64,000 nt of DNA, from positions 1 to 64,000 of the forward strand of contig CAWIEK010000037.1 in assembly GCA_963835065.1 (NCBI GenBank), in the 5' to 3' direction. The translations under genes were made by a program, and so were the position numbers. Source of the stretch: an uncultured Chthonomonadaceae bacterium. Lineage in GTDB: Bacteria; Armatimonadota; Chthonomonadetes; Chthonomonadales; Chthonomonadaceae. The notes beneath the pieces were generated by a model, which worked only from the letters and a program-made list of their open reading frames with translations, was not told where the DNA came from and made no database searches. Below, in pieces: positions 11,393-21,793 of this stretch (position 1 is the stretch's first letter; every line of letters starts with the position of its first letter).

Positions 11393-12112
11393 GGCTTTGT
11401 CTGCGGCAGGTTGTTGAGCAACCTCTTTCTTTCGCTTCCACAGCCAGCCGCCTATTGGAATAAATAGTGCAGTGCAGAGCCATTGCCAGTTTGTCGCAGC
11501 AAACTGGGATAGTCGCTGCTTTAATGGCACTTCAATGACGATTTCCTCAGAGAAGGTTTGTACTGCTACTGCGGTTGGATCGCCATCTACTTTTATGATA
11601 GCATTCAAGCGCAAAAACAAATGCTGTTTACCGGCTTCGGTAGGCTTTATACTCCATTGCCATTCGGTATTGCCGGACGTGCGGACGGCTTGGCGCATCG
11701 GCGTGATCGGAGTGATTTTGAAGCTTTCACTCGTTAAGTCCGCCTCCATGCGATCAGCATATTGAACTTGATGAAATTCAAGTTTTCCTGTCTCTCTGAT
11801 TGCCTTTTTAAGTTGTTCAGCCGGATCGCTCGGAGAGAGTACAAGGTGGACTACCTCAGCCTCATCCATCCGCATCGTTTTTGGTGTATTGAAAACAATA
11901 TTTCCCCACTTCATGTGGTTGATAAGTTCGTCAATATGCGAACGTAGATGCAAGTCATAATTAGGAATTCCTCTTGTAAGAGGCATATGATATTCAGTTA
12001 TCATATTTCTAGCCTCTATAAACGCTGTAATGGATATTAATATGCCCACAGAGGCGGCAATCACTGTAAAAATACCCACAGATCGAGAATTGTTTTCAGA
12101 ATTTTCGGGCAT
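11351..12112 (-). CDS. AT-rich hypothetical membrane protein; probable integron gene cassette
   Basis: N- and C-terminal TM segments (NWQWLCTALFIPIGGWLW); stop lies inside the attC. Confidence 0.75.
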   Translation of the reverse strand: MPENSENNSRSVGIFTVIAASVGILISITAFIEARNMITEYHMPLTRGIPNYDLHLRSHIDELINHMKWGNIVFNTPKTMRMDEAEVVHLVLSPSDPAEQLKKAIRETGKLEFHQVQYADRMEADLTSESFKITPITPMRQAVRTSGNTEWQWSIKPTEAGKQHLFLRLNAIIKVDGDPTAVAVQTFSEEIVIEVPLKQRLSQFAATNWQWLCTALFIPIGGWLWKRKKEVAQQPAADKAAEPVIQADKPPES

Positions 12113-12457
12113 AACCTTTATTCCTCACACTGTCTATATAACAGTGTGCGAACTCATATAAATATTCAATCTTGCAACCAGACTTTATCTGGTAAATGCC
12201 GAGTAATCAGGTTCATAGATGGATGAGTCGAGAAGCAGAAGGTGTTTGTCTGTGTTCGACACTGCAAATATACTGCTATCAAACCATTATAACGGAGCCT
12301 GTATAAAATGTCAATGCGTTTTCAAAAACTTTTATGTGGGTGCGGAAAAGCCCGTTTATTCCACCTCATGTTGGAATTTAAGTTGTGTGCAGGCAGCGAA
12401 TTGTTTCCTCCTGATGCGTGGGCGAACCATTATTGCAGAACGCGCCGGGTTGAAACC

Positions 12458-12655
12458 TTACGTGTCCTGTTCGTACATGCGTTTAATCTGCGCCACAATG
12501 TGGGGAGTGAGACGCGGGTTTGCCGCGACGATTTGTTCGGATGTTTCGCCCGCGCCTAATCTTTCCAGAAGAGATTTAACGGTGATACGTGTGCCAGCAA
12601 TGACGGGTTTCGCCATCATTATTTGTGGATGCGATTGAATGAATGTAGTGTCCAT
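12458..12655 (-). pseudogene. DUF433 antitoxin, C-terminally truncated or degenerate
   Basis: IQSHPQIMMAKPVIAGTRITVKSLLERLGAGETSEQIVAANPRLT; normal C-terminal helix and intact DUF5615 partner missing. Confidence 0.7.
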
Positions 12656-12695
12656 GTTTGCCTCCTGTTCCCATTATAATGGGAGGAGTGTATTG

Positions 12696-13049
12696 TTACC
12701 CTCGCTCCAATTTCACTTCCGCAGCCGGAAAGTCAATCAGGAGGCGATAGTCAATCAGAAGGTGTGTGCCTATCAGGATTTCGTCACCGGAGACAAACGT
12801 AGCCAAGGCGCGAATGACCCTGCCATCGAATGGGAAGTCCACAAAGTAGTGTTCTTCCTCAAGGCTTTGTCCTCCCGCCAGATGTGACAGCCCCCGGCCA
12901 AAGAATTGCGGGTTTACATGCGGGCCAAGCGCATACGGTAACTCCAGATCGCCGTTAAATCCTGTGTCAATAGTCGCTTTCCATTCCTGTCCGGCAATCA
13001 ACAGAGTGACAACAGGAAGGCCCTTCTCATCTACAACGCCTTCAAGCAT
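12696..13049 (-). CDS. Clan AA aspartic protease (AF_0612-like)
   Basis: ATIDTGFNGDL catalytic motif and ILIGT..L. Confidence 0.9.
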   Translation of the reverse strand: MLEGVVDEKGLPVVTLLIAGQEWKATIDTGFNGDLELPYALGPHVNPQFFGRGLSHLAGGQSLEEEHYFVDFPFDGRVIRALATFVSGDEILIGTHLLIDYRLLIDFPAAEVKLERG

Positions 13050-13294
13050 CGGTGTCCTTTCCGTAAGAAATGGTCTGAACCCACGCGAATCAGGTACACA
13101 GGCGCGTCTACTCCTTCGGCTTGCATTTGTTGAGCGGCATCCCCCCCGGAATCACCGATCCAAACACGTTCGCTTTGCGGGTCAATAGCGGCGACTTTGC
13201 CATGCCGGTCAGAGAGATCATGCTGCTGCTGATAGATCTCCCAAATCTGTTGGGCGCGCGTCGTATACTCCGGTTTCCATGCTGCTGCCGTCAT
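13031..13294 (-). CDS. Small DUF5678-like protein coupled to the aspartic protease
   Basis: HGKVAAIDPQSERVWIG...YLIRVG; overlaps the protease start. Confidence 0.65.
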   Translation of the reverse strand: MTAAAWKPEYTTRAQQIWEIYQQQHDLSDRHGKVAAIDPQSERVWIGDSGGDAAQQMQAEGVDAPVYLIRVGSDHFLRKGHRCLKAL

Positions 13295-13363
13295 TTCGTT
13301 TGCCTTGCCTTTGTCTGCCAATAGTTCATACAACTTGCCTCCTGCTCCATTATAACATAGCAT

Positions 13364-15610
13364 TTACTGAATTTGAATGTCGTGGCCTTGCGCGGCGTTG
13401 GGGAAGCGGAGCAGGAGCGTTTGCGTGTTCGGGTCCCACTGCTGCGCGTCGGCGGGGAGTGGCTGGCTGTCAAGTGTGACGCTTTTGGCGGGTTGTGGCA
13501 GGCGGACGCGGACGACGGCGTTGATTTTGTCGGGAGCGACGGCGTGGAAGCGCAGGCCGGTTTGGGTCGGGCGAACGTCCGTGATACGGCATGCGCCTGC
13601 CAGTACCTGCGCCTGCGTTTTGGGCAGGGCGTCAAGGTCAACGAGAAGATGGCGGCTGCCGGGTGTGAGCGTGATGCTGTTGCGGATAGTCAGGTCGGCG
13701 TCGAACAGGTCAAGGAAACGCCCACTCAAGACATGCGGCGCGTCGGGCAGGGACTCGTCCAAACCTGCCGCAACCACGTAAGGACCGCGCCGCAGCACAA
13801 GGTAATTGGTTTCATGGTACGCCAGTTTCGCCGCCTGACACGCTTTCTTGACCCACTCCTGCACGATCTCACTGCCATTGTTCATGCCCGAAAGCGCGGC
13901 AGGACTGACCGCATAAGTAAACACCGTTCCCCTCCCATAACGAACCCCTTCTGTTTGCCCTATTTCTCCTCCCCCTCTCCTCCCCGTGTCCCCCGTATTC
14001 CCCGTGGTTAATGTCTTCATGGTTTTGTCGGGTTTGCCGAGCGTTTCGTACAAATGGCGCAGGGGCGTTTTGTACTGGTTCGGGGCCGTGTTCCACCATG
14101 CGCGGACAGCGTTGTACGGGTCGCGCTCATCGTCCGCAACGATCAGGACGCCGCCGCCGCGTACCCATTTCGCCAGGGCGGTATGCACGTCGGGCGTCAT
14201 GGGCTTCATGCCTTCGTAGGTCAGCAGCAGGATTTTATACGGGGCAAGGGCGTTGGGCAGAGTGGCGTTTTCCAATTGCACGGGTTCTACGGGCATGCCA
14301 TGCTTGACAAGGGGCAGGGCGAGGCCATAAAACGAACCTAAATGCGTATCGGAAGACAACGGCTCGCCGCGCTGAAACATCATGGTATCCGACACGATAA
14401 CGCCAAGTCCGCGTGTGCCGCAATCCCAACTGACATTTTTTTGCTGCATGTCGTTGAGAGCGTTGAGAACCGTCATCAGTTCCGTGCCATACGCGGCGGG
14501 AAGCGGAACGCGGACAACGGGTTCGCCGGGCTTGCGCTGCGAGCGGTCAACGGTCGGGTACTTGCCGCCGAAAATCCGTTCCGGCCAGGGCATCACTTCA
14601 TAATCCGACACCTGCGGCCAGAGCAGGGAAGCCGTGAGCGTACTTTCCCAATTCGTTCGGTAGTCCGTCCAACTGTGGTCGGGATTGTCTTCAATCGGGT
14701 CGTTGAGGAACCACACGCGCCCATTGGTCGCCCGCACGACGTTCATCATCGCGCCGTATTCCAGAAACGCGGTTTCAAACGTCCGTTCGCGCAATTGTCC
14801 CCGGTAGTTGTTAGGCGTCCGCGCCGTGCCCGTCCAGACTTGCGCGATATAGCCGTCCGCGCCCACTTGCAGCAGGCTGCTTTCGGGGCTGACGATGTTC
14901 CAATGCGCGTAATTGATCAGGCTATGCGTGGGCACGTAGCAGCGCACATGCTTGCCGGTCTGCTTGTTGTAATCGTGAACAAAGTCGAATATCTGCTTTA
15001 GGGCGCGGCGGTACAGGTAGTATTTCAACTGCGAGGCGCGAAACTGCGCGTCCGGGCTGGAATGGGGCGGCTGCCAATCCTCATGGTAGTACGCCTTCCA
15101 CTCGCGCTTGAAGCCTGCCGAATACCCCGCCCGCACCCAGAACTCCGGCTCTTCCAGATAAATGGCTTCAGCTCCCGCGTCAATGGCCCGCTTCACGCCA
15201 ACCGACAAAAACTTGCCGTAGTTTTCGCTCGGACACATGTAGTACACGTCGCCGCCATGCCCGATGACATTGCCGTTGCGATCCGTCTGCGCCTCGTCCA
15301 CGTGGTTTACGCCGTCAAAGCGCCCGTACAGAAAGTCCTGATACTCTCCCCACGCCACGCCGGTCATCACCTGCGGAATATAGCCCTGCGCTTTCCACTG
15401 CCCGATCCGCTCGCCCACACTGGCATCTATGCCGTAGCACATCGCCACATCGGAACCGATTTGTATATTCGGGTCCCATTTCGCGTGGGTTTGAAAACTG
15501 GTGTGCTGTTCTTTGTTCGGGCGAACCGGGGCGGTGGCAGGCGCAACGCGCGCATGGGCGGCAGCCAACAAACTCAACCCGCCAAGCAAAGCAAAGTGAA
15601 AGGAACGCAT
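13364..15610 (-). CDS. Secreted glycoside-hydrolase-like protein with beta-galactosidase trimerisation (GATase-like) domain
   Basis: Signal peptide; GAEAIYLEEPEFW; YKILLL...LAKWVRGGGVLI; in-frame 9-mer insertion TTGNTGDTGRRG. Confidence 0.65.
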   Translation of the reverse strand: MRSFHFALLGGLSLLAAAHARVAPATAPVRPNKEQHTSFQTHAKWDPNIQIGSDVAMCYGIDASVGERIGQWKAQGYIPQVMTGVAWGEYQDFLYGRFDGVNHVDEAQTDRNGNVIGHGGDVYYMCPSENYGKFLSVGVKRAIDAGAEAIYLEEPEFWVRAGYSAGFKREWKAYYHEDWQPPHSSPDAQFRASQLKYYLYRRALKQIFDFVHDYNKQTGKHVRCYVPTHSLINYAHWNIVSPESSLLQVGADGYIAQVWTGTARTPNNYRGQLRERTFETAFLEYGAMMNVVRATNGRVWFLNDPIEDNPDHSWTDYRTNWESTLTASLLWPQVSDYEVMPWPERIFGGKYPTVDRSQRKPGEPVVRVPLPAAYGTELMTVLNALNDMQQKNVSWDCGTRGLGVIVSDTMMFQRGEPLSSDTHLGSFYGLALPLVKHGMPVEPVQLENATLPNALAPYKILLLTYEGMKPMTPDVHTALAKWVRGGGVLIVADDERDPYNAVRAWWNTAPNQYKTPLRHLYETLGKPDKTMKTLTTGNTGDTGRRGGGEIGQTEGVRYGRGTVFTYAVSPAALSGMNNGSEIVQEWVKKACQAAKLAYHETNYLVLRRGPYVVAAGLDESLPDAPHVLSGRFLDLFDADLTIRNSITLTPGSRHLLVDLDALPKTQAQVLAGACRITDVRPTQTGLRFHAVAPDKINAVVRVRLPQPAKSVTLDSQPLPADAQQWDPNTQTLLLRFPNAAQGHDIQIQ

Positions 15611-15641
15611 AGAGTTCTCCTGATGAATACAATTGGCAATC

Positions 15642-15834
15642 GAACTGCAAAGCGGCAAAAGGGCACAAAGAAAAACAAACAACTTACCACGGATGAAACG
15701 GATGAAACCGATTGACACGGATCAAGAGCTTATTTCTGATCCGTGTTCATCCGTTTCATCTGTTTCATCCGTGGTAAGTTGTTTTCCTGCTCTATCTTTG
15801 CCTTTCCTTTGCGTTCTTTGCTCTTTTGCGGTTC
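15642..15834. repeat. Nested 9-nt-period inverted repeats
   Basis: Inner ~47-bp stem AACTTACCACGGATGAAAC.GATGAAAC...CACGGATCA and its complement (15678-15785), inside an outer GAAC.GCAAA...TTTGCGGTTC pair. Confidence 0.88.
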
Positions 15835-16790
15835 ATAGCCTCTTTTTCAGCACAGCGTAGCGGCGGGTTTCGCGGAAGCCGACGGGTTTGTACAGGCGTT
15901 CGGCAGTGCGGTCGTCTGTCCAGAGGAACCAGGCGTTGTGTAGGCCGCGCCGCCGCATCCCGTCGAGAGTTTCGTACAGCAGCATTGCGCCCAATCCCTT
16001 GCCGCGCCATTCGCGGGCAACGCCGAACGGCCCGAACCGCTCGCCTTCCGATTGGGCAAATCCAATAACGCGCCCGGTAGAACGATTTCCGGCAAACAGC
16101 AGGCGCAGTTCTTCTTTAGGGACGCCTGCCCGCTGTAATATCGAGCATGGTTTCGCGGACATAGCGCTGCCAGTCGCCGGGAAACTCGGCGCGTAAAAAC
16201 TCCGTCACCTGTCCGGCGTGGGCGGGAAAGAAGTAGCTGAAGGCCATTCCCTGCGCCGTGATTTCCGCCATGCGCGGATTGACCCACGCGGGCGGCTGCC
16301 AGCCGACAAGCGATATATCCATGCTGAGGGGGCGGTACGCTGTCGTATAGCCGCGTTTTTGGAGGAAGGCAAGCCCGACCTTGCAGGCGTTTTCATCCAC
16401 GCCCGGTGTCCAGTAGTTCGGGGCGTAGGGAGAAATCCAGACTTCGCGGCGGTTTTGCTGCCGGAGCCAGGTTTCCGCCGCATGGAGCAGGGCAGTTCCG
16501 ATCCCGTGACGCTGCGCGGAAGGGGTAACGGCAAAAAGGGTTATCCAACCCCGTTCGCTGTCATCCGGCGCGTCTTCCAAAGGGCGCTTGCGCGTGATCG
16601 CCAGCAGAAAACCGAGCAGGCCGTTGGGACTGCGCGCCACGAAAGCGCCGTTCGCGTCAAAGTTCGGGTCAAGCAGAACTTTACGGGCGAACAACTCCTG
16701 CGACATCGGCTCACCGGGCAGGGCTTCCATGAGCAGGCCGACAACGGGCATCAAATCGCTGTGCTGATAGGTGGAAATGGTGACGGGCAA
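15833..16790 (-). CDS. Tandem GNAT acetyltransferase (frameshift near 16120)
   Basis: AVTPSAQRHGIGTALL and GPFGVAREWRGKGLGAMLL motifs lie in two ORFs (16116-16868; 15833-16162). Confidence 0.85.
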
Positions 16791-16926
16791 GGCCAAAGCA
16801 TTTTCTCGACTTTTGCACGTGAACATCTGCGTGTGTACAATGCGTGTGTACAAGATGTTCCTGAACATACGCAGTCAACTCCGGCATCGTTGCTGCAATA
16901 CCTTGTAAAGATTTGTGCGGGGAACA

Positions 16927-16977
16927 CGTAAAAGCTGCATAACCCGCCTACACTTCCATGTAAGCGGGTTATGCAGC
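16927..16977 (-). terminator. Intrinsic terminator after the lipoprotein gene
   Basis: GCTGCATAACCCGC...GCGGGTTATGCAGC 14-bp stem followed by TTTT on the minus strand. Confidence 0.75.
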
Positions 16978-17025
16978 CGTTTGTTTGCACGGCAGCGCCT
17001 CTGGCAGCCACGCAAAAGCAGGAAG

Positions 17026-17301
17026 TCAGCGCGTACCGGCTGGAAACGGAGCGTTGCTCATTCCGGCCCCACCCTGCATTGGCCCGCCCTGTGCTGCACC
17101 GGCGGGCGCAGAAACGCCGTTTGCTTTATTGGGGTCCAGCTTCGGGTCTTTCTGCATGTTCTGCATCATTTGCTGCTTGTTCGTTTCCATCTCCGCTTGC
17201 GCGGTTGAGGAAGGCGCGTTTTTAGAGTCTTCCTGCGAATGACACCCGCTGCACAGCAAGAGCGTGAGCAGGAACCCGCAAGCTAACGTAAGATTTCGCA
17301 T
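17026..17301 (-). CDS. Small lipoprotein accompanying the DUF1559 protein
   Basis: MRNLTLACGFLLTLLLCSGC lipobox; low-complexity body. Confidence 0.8.
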   Translation of the reverse strand: MRNLTLACGFLLTLLLCSGCHSQEDSKNAPSSTAQAEMETNKQQMMQNMQKDPKLDPNKANGVSAPAGAAQGGPMQGGAGMSNAPFPAGTR

Positions 17302-17419
17302 GAAGTTTCCTTTTGGCAGTATCTTTGCACTTCTTCACGTTTTGAGATGTAAGCAAACGGACAGGCAACGGTACTTTCCTATCTCATTCTTCAAAAAGTG
17401 CAAAGATACCGCTTTTGGT

Positions 17420-18259
17420 TTAGCCATCAACATCCGGGTTGTAAAACGCTTTGCCGGGGCCGTAGGTTTTGCCGTCGAAGGGACTGTTGCCGTTTTGGAG
17501 AACGCCTCGGTCACGCACACGTGAGGGCTGAACGAAACTGGCATGTCCATCGGCAAAGATGTAATTGCTTCCTTCCGAGTGCCGGCCTTTGACCACCGGG
17601 CGGTTGTTACAGGCCGGGTTGCCTTCCTCATGCGACCCGCACAACGGCCCGACAATGCCGGAACCTGTCGCGTAAGTGACCGCTCCCGGCGTGTTGGCCC
17701 AAGCGCAGCAGGTCCAAACATCATTCTGGTCTGAATACACCAGGTTGTCGGAAAGGTCAACGGCGGACTTGCGAATGCCTCCGGCTTCGTTGGGAGAAAG
17801 CAAATTCGTCAAAGCGCCCTGCGTTTCCGAAACCATGATGGTGCTTGCGGGGCTTTGCTCACTCGGCAGCGTGTAAAACACCACGCGATAGTTCATAGAG
17901 TATGATACGGGGTACAGCTGAACCGAATTGACGACCGCAGGCTGATTCTGATCGTTGGGGCAGCGAAAAACGCCTGTGTTCTTCACGTAGGGATACAGTT
18001 CTCCCGCCCACCCCACGCCGGTCCAGGGATTGTTGATCGTATTGCCCGGCAGATTGCGAATTCCATAAGGGAACGCTTCATCGTAGTCCGTGGCATACAT
18101 GTGCATGGACGTGCCGAGTTGTCGGCAGTTGGAAAGACAGGAAATGGCGCGCGCTTTTTCCCGCGCCTGCGCGAAAACGGGGAACAGTATAGCCGCGAGG
18201 ATAGCGATAATAGCAATGACGACGAGCAGTTCAATCAGCGTAAACGCTTTGCGATTCAT
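17420..18259 (-). CDS. DUF1559 prepilin-type N-methylation / H-X9-DG domain protein
   Basis: [52 protein letters not shown]. Confidence 0.95.
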   Translation of the reverse strand: MNRKAFTLIELLVVIAIIAILAAILFPVFAQAREKARAISCLSNCRQLGTSMHMYATDYDEAFPYGIRNLPGNTINNPWTGVGWAGELYPYVKNTGVFRCPNDQNQPAVVNSVQLYPVSYSMNYRVVFYTLPSEQSPASTIMVSETQGALTNLLSPNEAGGIRKSAVDLSDNLVYSDQNDVWTCCAWANTPGAVTYATGSGIVGPLCGSHEEGNPACNNRPVVKGRHSEGSNYIFADGHASFVQPSRVRDRGVLQNGNSPFDGKTYGPGKAFYNPDVDG

Positions 18260-18380
18260 GTGACCTCCTTGTTTGGAAGAACGTTCCGAAGAACCTCTTC
18301 CACATACGGACACTCTGCATTGAGCAAACAAGTGAATCAGAAACCGACGGGAACGGACATCACCTCCTGACGAGAAGGGA

Positions 18381-18472
18381 AGATAAGAGATAAGAGATAT
18401 GAGGCATCTGAAACCTACGAGACGATGAAAACATGAGCGTACAGGAAGCATCCCTACTCTTATCTCTTATCT
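18381..18472. repeat. Inverted heptamer repeats (AGATAAG)n...(CTTATCT)n
   Basis: AGATAAGAGATAAGAGATATGAG ... CTCTTATCTCTTATCT between the regulator and the DUF1559 gene. Confidence 0.75.
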
Positions 18473-18478
18473 GTATTG

Positions 18479-19651
18479 CTAAGTCGCGCCATCAAGTTCA
18501 TCCCAGGCAGTGGCAAGGGCTTCGGGCGATTGAGGCGCGTGTGGTTCCCGCCAGATAGTGGGAACCGAGTGATAATAGATGCGCGGCTGTGTCCAGCGAT
18601 TTGCCAACATGTCGGCCAGCGTGTCTACGGCGGCTTCGCCTAAACGCGCAAAATCAGGCTTGGACGTGGGGAATAAAGGCCGAAACAGGCGCGTCACCAT
18701 CGGGTCATTGTCAAAGCCTGTGACCCGTACCTCTTCCGGCACTTTCACGCCCCGGTTGTTGAGCGCCTGCGTGATGTGCGCGGCCACAACGTCGTTCCAG
18801 GCAATCAGGGCATCCGGGCGCGGGCGCAGGTTCAGCAGTTCTGCGACGAAAGCGGCGTAATCGGCCTGAGCAGGCGCGAACTTGGGCGTCGGGAGCACAA
18901 AACCGGGCGTGGTGGGAACCGGGCGCTGATTGTAGCTGTCGGGTATGTCCATGCCCGCCTCGCGCATGGCCGCGCGCCATCCCTTTTCACGGTCGAGAAT
19001 GGAAGAGTGGAGATAGCCGGGCTGAATGTGCATAAAGGCGATATGGCGATGCTTGTGCCGAAGCAGATGCTGCGTCATGTCATAGCCAAGCCGGTAGTTG
19101 TCGAACTGCACCCGCGAACAATTCCATTCCTCGCAGCCAATGTCGAGCGTGACAAGCGGCGTGGCATGGGACCATTGTCGCAGATAGTCGTACTCCAGTT
19201 GTTCCTGGGTTCGCGTCACGGGATACAGCACAATGCCCTGCACTCCGGCGCGTACTTGCTGCTCCACCATCTCTTGTTCGTGCGCAATCCCGAATTCCGA
19301 ACTTCCCAACAGCATTTGAAAGCCGTGCTGACGCGCCCGCCGCTCCACGCCCCGACAGGCCGCGACAATGACCGTCGCGTACAGGTTGGGAACGATAATA
19401 CCGATACGTCCCGTTTCGGCTACGCGGGGCAATGGGTCGGACACATACACCCCACTTCCCTGCTGCGAGTGGATGTAGCCTTCAGCCATCAGCTTGGACA
19501 GCGCGCGAATGATCGTGGAGCGGCTGACTCCAAACCGGGTTGTCAATTCTTCCTGCGTGGGCAGTTTCTGTCCCGCGCCGATTTCGTCGCTGATCAGGCA
19601 CTCGGTTTTGATGCGTTCTGCAATGCGTATGTAGGCAGGCGTAGAACTCAA
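18479..19651 (-). CDS. GntR-HTH / LacI-type sensor transcriptional regulator (AraR-like)
   Basis: KLPTQEEL..RFGVSRSTI..AL...G.GVYV; periplasmic-binding-like domain with VPEEVRVTGFDN. Confidence 0.92.
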   Translation of the reverse strand: MSSTPAYIRIAERIKTECLISDEIGAGQKLPTQEELTTRFGVSRSTIIRALSKLMAEGYIHSQQGSGVYVSDPLPRVAETGRIGIIVPNLYATVIVAACRGVERRARQHGFQMLLGSSEFGIAHEQEMVEQQVRAGVQGIVLYPVTRTQEQLEYDYLRQWSHATPLVTLDIGCEEWNCSRVQFDNYRLGYDMTQHLLRHKHRHIAFMHIQPGYLHSSILDREKGWRAAMREAGMDIPDSYNQRPVPTTPGFVLPTPKFAPAQADYAAFVAELLNLRPRPDALIAWNDVVAAHITQALNNRGVKVPEEVRVTGFDNDPMVTRLFRPLFPTSKPDFARLGEAAVDTLADMLANRWTQPRIYYHSVPTIWREPHAPQSPEALATAWDELDGAT

Positions 19652-20057
19652 AAGCTGACCTCGCGCAAAAAGAAGACCGGCACAGATTTGTTGGACATAT
19701 TATAAAGATGTCTGTGTAAACTCAAACAACTGCTGCAAGTTCTTAGGGTCTCAAGAGCGGACACATATTTTAAGAATAGCCGCGCTGGTTTTGTTTAATA
19801 GTGGGGAAATCAGTACTGCCAGACCAATATAAACCTCATAAACGCCTGACAAGCATCGTCTAAACTCGTTTGGGTGTCAAATATCTCGCCTGATAGCTTT
19901 GTTCTTGCATAAGGTTGCTAAATTTTAACATGGATGGATGAATAAGTCAATAGCTTGGCGCAAAATTTGTCATGACAAATTTTGCGCGGACACAATGTGG
20001 GTAGAAAAATCTTACCGTAGTCAGGAAATTGGGAATGTTTTAGAAAGCGGCGGGGGG

Positions 20058-21638
20058 CTAAGCGCGGCGGGTGTAGCGGTGCTTGACGCCCAGGGGAAAG
20101 TACGCAACGTCGCCGTGTAGGGTAAGGGTGACATCCGGCGTTTGGTAAACAGGGGGAACGTAGTTGGCGAATTCACTGTTGAGGCGCAGCAAATGCGCGC
20201 GTACCGATACGGCAACGGCTTCCCGGCGAACTTCCGATACTTCGATATTGGGAGCCAGTTCGACAACGACGGACAGGCGGCGATTGCGGTCCGCGTCTTC
20301 CAGAACTTGCAGCACGAATTTGCCCGTGACCCAGGGCGCAATATCGGGCTGCTCCAAACCAACCGTGATGTTTTCCGGGTAGATGTTCGCGCCGAAATAC
20401 GATACGGTAAAATCGCTGCGCCCGAACACAAACACAAACGGCAGAGCGCGCGCGCCCCGTTCCCAATCCGTACCCGCCTGTTCTTTCAAGGCCGCAACGG
20501 GATCGAAGCCGTAACCGTTCAGAAAGGCAAGCATATCTTCGTAAGGCACAATGCCGCCCTGATCCAGAATGTTGTAGCGAATGAGCGGGATGCCATTGTC
20601 GCCGGAAAACAGCAGTTGACCACGTAGTATAGGAGGGTGTTGGGTGTTGGGTGTTAGGTGTTGAGAATTATCTTCTGTAAAAGGTTGTACCTCAAAGTAG
20701 CGGCTGAGGGGATCGTATTGTACGAGGGTAGGGAGGCGTGACTCGCCGAATAGAGTTTTGGCAATTTCGGGATGAGCGGAAAGGAAGCGGCGAATACAGA
20801 TGGAAAGCGGGGTTTCATTGCCCAACACGCCCGCGTCCGCCGTGCCGTAGAGAGAAGCCGAGTCGTAGCAGGGATTGTTCGAGCCGACCCGCGCCCCGAC
20901 CAGATCGCGCCACTCCTCGCTGAACACTTCGCCCGCCATGACCATTTTGACGTGATAGCGCGGCCAATCCATGCCCTTTGCCAGCCCGGTATCAATGACA
21001 TCTTTTAGAAACGGAGGATAGCCGCACAACACAACCTGATCGTAAAACCCGCCCAACTCCTGTACCACGCGCAAAATTTCGTCCTTGTTGCTGCCCGGCG
21101 TAATCGTGGTTATCGGGTAGCCTTTGGCGGCAAGGTGACGGCAGCACGACGCGGTATACATGCCGCCCACCCACGTTCCCAGCGCGAAGCAGATAACCGC
21201 CAGCGTGGCACGCTCGTCCGCGCGAAAACTGTCATGAAAAATCTGCTCGAAGCGCCAGGCGATTTGCAGTTCATCGGTGACAAAGCGGGGCCAGAAGCAG
21301 GGCGTTCCCGTAGAACCCGACGACACGGCGATCATATCGCAGGCTTCCAGCTTCCCATTGCGGCACAAATCGGGGAGGGGATACTTGCGCAGATAGTTGT
21401 CTTTGGTCAGGGGTGGCAGTTGCTGAATGTCTGCAAAGGCGTGGACCGAATTTGGAGCGACGTTGTGTTCCGCAAGAAAGGCTTGATACGCAGGGACGTG
21501 AGCGGCAGTCGCATAAAACAGGGCGCGAACCGCTTCCTGAGGATTGGAGGCCAAACTCTGCTGAATCCGCGCCTCCAGAGGCGTAGACAGGAAGTACCGT
21601 AGAACATTAAAGGCATCATCGCGCTTGTTTGTGTTCAT
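20058..21638 (-). CDS. Phenylacetate-CoA ligase family (adenylate-forming) protein
   Basis: SSGSTGTP, YGTADAG, PLIRYNILD, GRSD motifs; heptamer insertion SQHLTPNTQHP (20636-20665). Confidence 0.88.
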   Translation of the reverse strand: MNTNKRDDAFNVLRYFLSTPLEARIQQSLASNPQEAVRALFYATAAHVPAYQAFLAEHNVAPNSVHAFADIQQLPPLTKDNYLRKYPLPDLCRNGKLEACDMIAVSSGSTGTPCFWPRFVTDELQIAWRFEQIFHDSFRADERATLAVICFALGTWVGGMYTASCCRHLAAKGYPITTITPGSNKDEILRVVQELGGFYDQVVLCGYPPFLKDVIDTGLAKGMDWPRYHVKMVMAGEVFSEEWRDLVGARVGSNNPCYDSASLYGTADAGVLGNETPLSICIRRFLSAHPEIAKTLFGESRLPTLVQYDPLSRYFEVQPFTEDNSQHLTPNTQHPPILRGQLLFSGDNGIPLIRYNILDQGGIVPYEDMLAFLNGYGFDPVAALKEQAGTDWERGARALPFVFVFGRSDFTVSYFGANIYPENITVGLEQPDIAPWVTGKFVLQVLEDADRNRRLSVVVELAPNIEVSEVRREAVAVSVRAHLLRLNSEFANYVPPVYQTPDVTLTLHGDVAYFPLGVKHRYTRRA

Positions 21639-21793
21639 GCTTCCTGTCCTTTCGCGGGTTTTACCTGGTATACTGCGGCGTAAGCCCGTCAGCGGGAACC
21701 AGCATATAAAATGCCGGTTATCCAGGCCTACGGCCAATTGTCCTGCGGACGAAAATCCGCGCGTATTTAAGCCGATGTGTGCTGAATTGTGTT

